Shown one piece after another: positions 20,687-23,892 of a stretch of 23,892 nucleotides of DNA (within the stretch, counting starts at the first letter, position 1; each line of letters opens with the position of its first letter). Location of the stretch: contig BAAFSQ010000151.1 of NCBI GenBank assembly GCA_054661495.1, positions 1 through 23,892 of the forward strand, read 5' to 3'. This DNA comes from Zygophlyctis sp. KS116. Taxonomy: Eukaryota; Fungi; Chytridiomycota. The notes beneath the pieces are model-generated. The model worked only from the letters and a program-made list of their open reading frames with translations. It did no database searches and had not been told where the DNA came from. The position numbers and the translations under genes are program-made.

Positions 20687-21541
20687 ATGGGATTTACTTT
20701 TGATTCTACTGTTCTTGGAGCTACAGGAGGCATTGAGGCTCTAGAAACTATTCCAACCATTCCTTGTAGTACTTTACAGACTGATCATACTATAAATGAT
20801 ACAGTAGAATCAGAGTCTGAGTGTGAAACTACTGAAAAAACTACTGAAAAAACTACTGAAAAAACTACTGCCAAAAAGGGAGATACTATATTTGTAGGAA
20901 ATGTTCCGCTAGTAGTCGCCAATGATAAGAACAAGGCTAAAGAATTTTTAAAATTATTTTCTCCATTTGGTAAAATACTTTCTCATAGATTTAGATCAAT
21001 TGCTTTTGAAATGGAGTCAAAAACTTGGAAGAGATCTGCTTTTCTAAATCAAAAATTTAATTCTAATCTTAAATCTACTATTAATGCTTACATTGTCTTT
21101 GAAAGTGTAGATAAGAAAATATTTGATTTAAATGGTTCATGTTGGGAAAATCATCATTTAAGAGTAGATAATTCAGATAATCCAAAATCACTAGTCTCTT
21201 TTAGATCTATTTTTGTTGGAAATTTACCTCTAGATGTTTCGGAAGAAGAAGTTTGGTCACAATTCTCAGACATTGGAAGAGTTACAAATGTTCGATTAGT
21301 AAGAGATAAAATGTCTCAGATTGGAAAAGGATTTGGGTTTATTGAATTTTCTGATAAGGGATCTGTTTCATTAGCATTAAAACTCAAAGATTTAAAAATT
21401 AAAGATCGAGTAATTAGAATTACTAGCATGAAGAAATCTGATTCACCTGCATTAAAGCGTCTTCATAACAAAAACAAGAAAACTCTAAAGTCTACAAAGA
21501 AAGTAAAGGCATCAAAAGCAAAATCTAGAGCTTCTAAATAA
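20687..21541 (+). CDS. NOP12: Nucleolar protein 12 / RBM34, two RRMs, 284 aa
   Basis: TIFVGNVP...RFRSIAF...NAYIVF...HHLRVD and SIFVGNLP...VRLVRD...GKGFGFIEF; Lys-rich tail. Confidence 0.9.
   Translation: MGFTFDSTVLGATGGIEALETIPTIPCSTLQTDHTINDTVESESECETTEKTTEKTTEKTTAKKGDTIFVGNVPLVVANDKNKAKEFLKLFSPFGKILSHRFRSIAFEMESKTWKRSAFLNQKFNSNLKSTINAYIVFESVDKKIFDLNGSCWENHHLRVDNSDNPKSLVSFRSIFVGNLPLDVSEEEVWSQFSDIGRVTNVRLVRDKMSQIGKGFGFIEFSDKGSVSLALKLKDLKIKDRVIRITSMKKSDSPALKRLHNKNKKTLKSTKKVKASKAKSRASK
20825..20870 (+). repeat. 12-bp coding tandem repeat (ACTACTGAAAAA; TTEK x3 plus TTAK)
   Basis: Directly visible in DNA and protein. Confidence 0.9.
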
Positions 21542-21613
21542 ATTTTATGACTCGAATGTTTTGTTACAAGTCTAGGAGTAATTTTCACCTAAACTGTGAG
21601 ACTCACAATATAA

Positions 21614-23091
21614 ATGGAAAGGATCAAGCGATTTTGTAATTTAAATATCTAATTCTAGTCTTTGATCATAAAAAGGACAAAGCCATCGGACTAGTGTTTG
21701 TTCATGGATTTCTAGGATCAGCGGATTCCTGGGAGAATTTCCCTCTTGATTTAGTAGAAAGAATTCATGGACATAATCTTCGGGTCTACAGATTTACTCT
21801 TCCATCACAGGGATCGTACAAAAAGGCTCTTGTACAATTAAGAAATGAGATTTTACTGTTAAGTGCGCAGTTGGATGGACTAATATTTCTCTGTCATTCA
21901 TTGGGTGGACTATTGGTGGCTCAAATGTTGGATAATTTAGAAAATCATAAAGTCTTGGGGATAATTGCATTCGATGCTCCTTATTTTGGTTTATCAAGTC
22001 ATGTATCAAGTGTAGCATTATCAAAAACTGGGCAAAAAGTTGTAGATCCTGTACACAATGTTGCATCTACAGTGGTCAAGACAAGCATAAATGTCACCAA
22101 GGGTCTGGTCAAAGGTGTTGCCAACGTTGGATATTCTGTTTACTCGTCTACAAAATACGTGTCAACAGCAGTTGTTTCTTCAACAAGCAATGCTATAGGT
22201 CAAGTCTCAGAAACTGCTATAAATATAACAGCATCCGCATTTGAAACATCAAGTGATTTAATAAAGTCCGGACCAAGTCAGGTAATTTCTCAAACTGCAT
22301 CATACATTTCTGAAATTCCTGTTAAAACTATGAATTATATGATTGAAATTCCTGTAAAGTCTTGGGAAGCTATTGGAACTTCTATAGATTCTGGGAAAAC
22401 AGCTTTGAATAATGCATTTTATGGGGGATCATCAAAAATTAAACAGACTGATAAACCATCAAGTGAAGGCAATTCTCAAGAACGATCAATTAAGGAACTA
22501 GAAAAAGATTCTATAGCTCGAAATTCGGATATATACACTGAAAATATTAAAACCCCTCTAGTAGTTCACGATGAGAAAGATTTGGGTACATTTCTTGTAT
22601 CGACACCATCTGATCCTTGGAATTCTTGGATAAGATTAGGACTGGCTTCCGTTGCAATTGTATCTTCTGGTATTTCATATACAACACCTGTTGGATTTGC
22701 AAAAAATTTGACCAAGAATCTTATAGTAGCACATGGCGTGTCTGCTTTGAATGAAGCCAGAAAGACTATACAATTTCTTTATCCTCCTTTGTGGGGTGAT
22801 TCTTTAAGCTCAATAACGCAGCGAATGATGAGACTGACCGATTTTTTATATTTCAAGTGTTTTTATGTTGTAAGTAAAATTTCTTAACGTGAATAGAAGC
22901 ATGATTCTTCAACTTTTATCAACTTGCCTCCTAGTTGTTTAAATCCTTTTTTTGTTCCTATTGAGACTGATTGTGAAGATATTTTGGTCGGACACATGAA
23001 TCTGTTTTCTCAAACTCTCAACAAGGAAAGATATTGGACATTGGTTTCAATCGTAGAAAAAGAACTTCAATTAATTTTGAAACGGCTCTAA
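21614..23091 (+). CDS. Alpha/beta-hydrolase (DUF676-like putative lipase), ~475 aa; exons 21614-21635, 21659-22869, 22897-23091
   Basis: VFVHGFLGSADSWENFPLDL, nucleophile elbow CHSLGG, FDAPYFGL. The last exon supplies TFINLPP and GHMNLF (candidate catalytic His). Introns 23 and 27 nt. Confidence 0.85.
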
Positions 23092-23093
23092 AA

Positions 23094-23892
23094 CTAGTCA
23101 ATGGCAGTTTGGGATTTTCCACTTTCAATTGCAAGAGGAGGAGTTCCAGGATCAATTGCAAGAGGAGCAGGCGTTTCAGGATCAATTGCAAGAGGAGCAG
23201 GAGTTCCAGGATCAATTGCCAAGAGGAGCAGGAGTTCCAGGATCAATTGCAAGAGGGGCAGGCGTTTCTGGATCATTTGCAAGAGGAGCAGGATTTCCAG
23301 GATCAATTGGAAAAGGAGCAGGCGTTTCTGGATCAATTGCACCTAATTCACTCTTTGGACGACAAGTTCCTAAGGAGCCGGTGAATTTGCCATTTTCTAG
23401 ATCACAATAAAATCCATCAGCGCATTGTATTTTTTCCAATCCTCCACAAGTTTCTCCTTCTTTTACTGTTTGAGGTGTTGATTCAGCCTCATCTTCAATT
23501 TTGCCATTTATCTTCTTTAAACTTATGCAAAGACCCATTGCATCTGCCTTTCTTTTTACGTAGAGACATACACCATCCTCGCACGCAACATTTTCAGGGC
23601 CGCCGCACTTTTTAAAATAAATAGCCAGTTTATTTAATTCATCGGTTCGAGTATCATTGGAATCTGTTTGATGTTCTGTGATTGAATCATCTGGAACGCA
23701 TGTTCCTTTTGGCATGAGACATTCTGGCGTCATGGCCTTACATTGAGGATTGAATTTACAGCGAAGGTTTTCTGCACAACCAATTTGTGATACTCCTCCA
23801 CAAGTTTCTCCTTCTTTTGAAATAGGAGCCGGCGTTTCTGGCCCATGCGCACCTAATTCACTCTTTGGACGACAAGTTCCTAAGGAGCCGGT
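23094..23892 (-). CDS. 3' part of a Cys-rich modular protein with a Pro-rich repeat tail (partial; 1-bp frameshift near 23219-23220)
   Basis: Frame is open from the window edge: TGSLGTCRPKSELGAHGPETPAPISKEGETCGGVSQIGCAENLRC...GTC; KKCGGPENVACEDGVC...MGLC; KEGETCGGLEKIQCADGFYC...LGTC; then AIDP(E/G)TPAPL repeats. As assembled it stops at 23212; without the extra base it ends at 23094. Confidence 0.8.
23125..23342. repeat. About 7 tandem 30-bp units (TCAATTGCAAGAGGAGCAGG(A/C)GTT(C/T)C(A/T)GGA), coding on the minus strand
   Basis: Unit starts near 23152, 23182, 23212, 23243, 23273, 23303 and 23333; one unit is 27 bp and one is 31 bp. Confidence 0.95.
23341..23892. repeat. Internal module duplications in the Cys-rich gene
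   Basis: 23341-23382 is identical to 23851-23892 (offset 510). TCCTCCACAAGTTTCTCCTTCTTTT occurs at 23440 and 23794 (offset 354). Both offsets are multiples of 3. Confidence 0.9.

Noticed and set aside
23125-23342. CRISPR-like array, and the + strand ORFs over it (QEEQEFQDQL, ARGAGVPGSI, CKRSRSSRIN repeats)
   Set aside because: The units are contiguous with no unique spacers. The + strand ORFs are stop-free shadows of a 30-bp coding repeat whose real frame continues the minus-strand Cys-rich gene.
1-23892. Prokaryotic or giant-virus origin (high gene density, PCNA, F-box/ankyrin gene)
   Set aside because: Pervasive spliceosomal introns and eukaryotic housekeeping genes (ALG14, NOP12, uL24m, MADS) indicate a nuclear chromosome; no viral hallmark gene, tRNA or rRNA was recognised.

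Overview
AT-rich, very gene-dense eukaryotic DNA with fungal-type genes. It is most plausibly from a zoosporic (chytrid-like) fungus; this taxonomy is inference. The ORF track is fragmented because most genes carry tiny GT-AG introns: I could place 25, 24 of them 23-31 nt and one 41 nt. After manual splicing the window holds about 17 complete genes: NOL8/Nop8-like, PCNA, TBCCD1-like, a MEF2-type MADS-box factor, a PXA/Nexin_C protein, two tandem membrane proteins with an F-box-like motif, PGM3/PCM1, a Reg1-like/F-box/ankyrin fusion, an acidic orphan, an F-box/LRR protein, a secreted orphan, ALG14, mitochondrial uL24, NUDT19-like, Nop12/RBM34 and a DUF676-like alpha/beta hydrolase. Three things stand out. 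(1) One gene appears to join a Reg1-like PP1-recruiting module to an F-box and ankyrin repeats. (2) Both window ends lie inside near-identical, inverted, inward-facing copies of a Cys-rich repeat gene, so the 23-kb block may be invertible. (3) A ~281-bp, ~98% identical duplication brackets a 1.08-kb insert with an orphan ORF and separates two genes whose coding ends apparently overlapped. Family assignments come from recalled motifs, not database searches.
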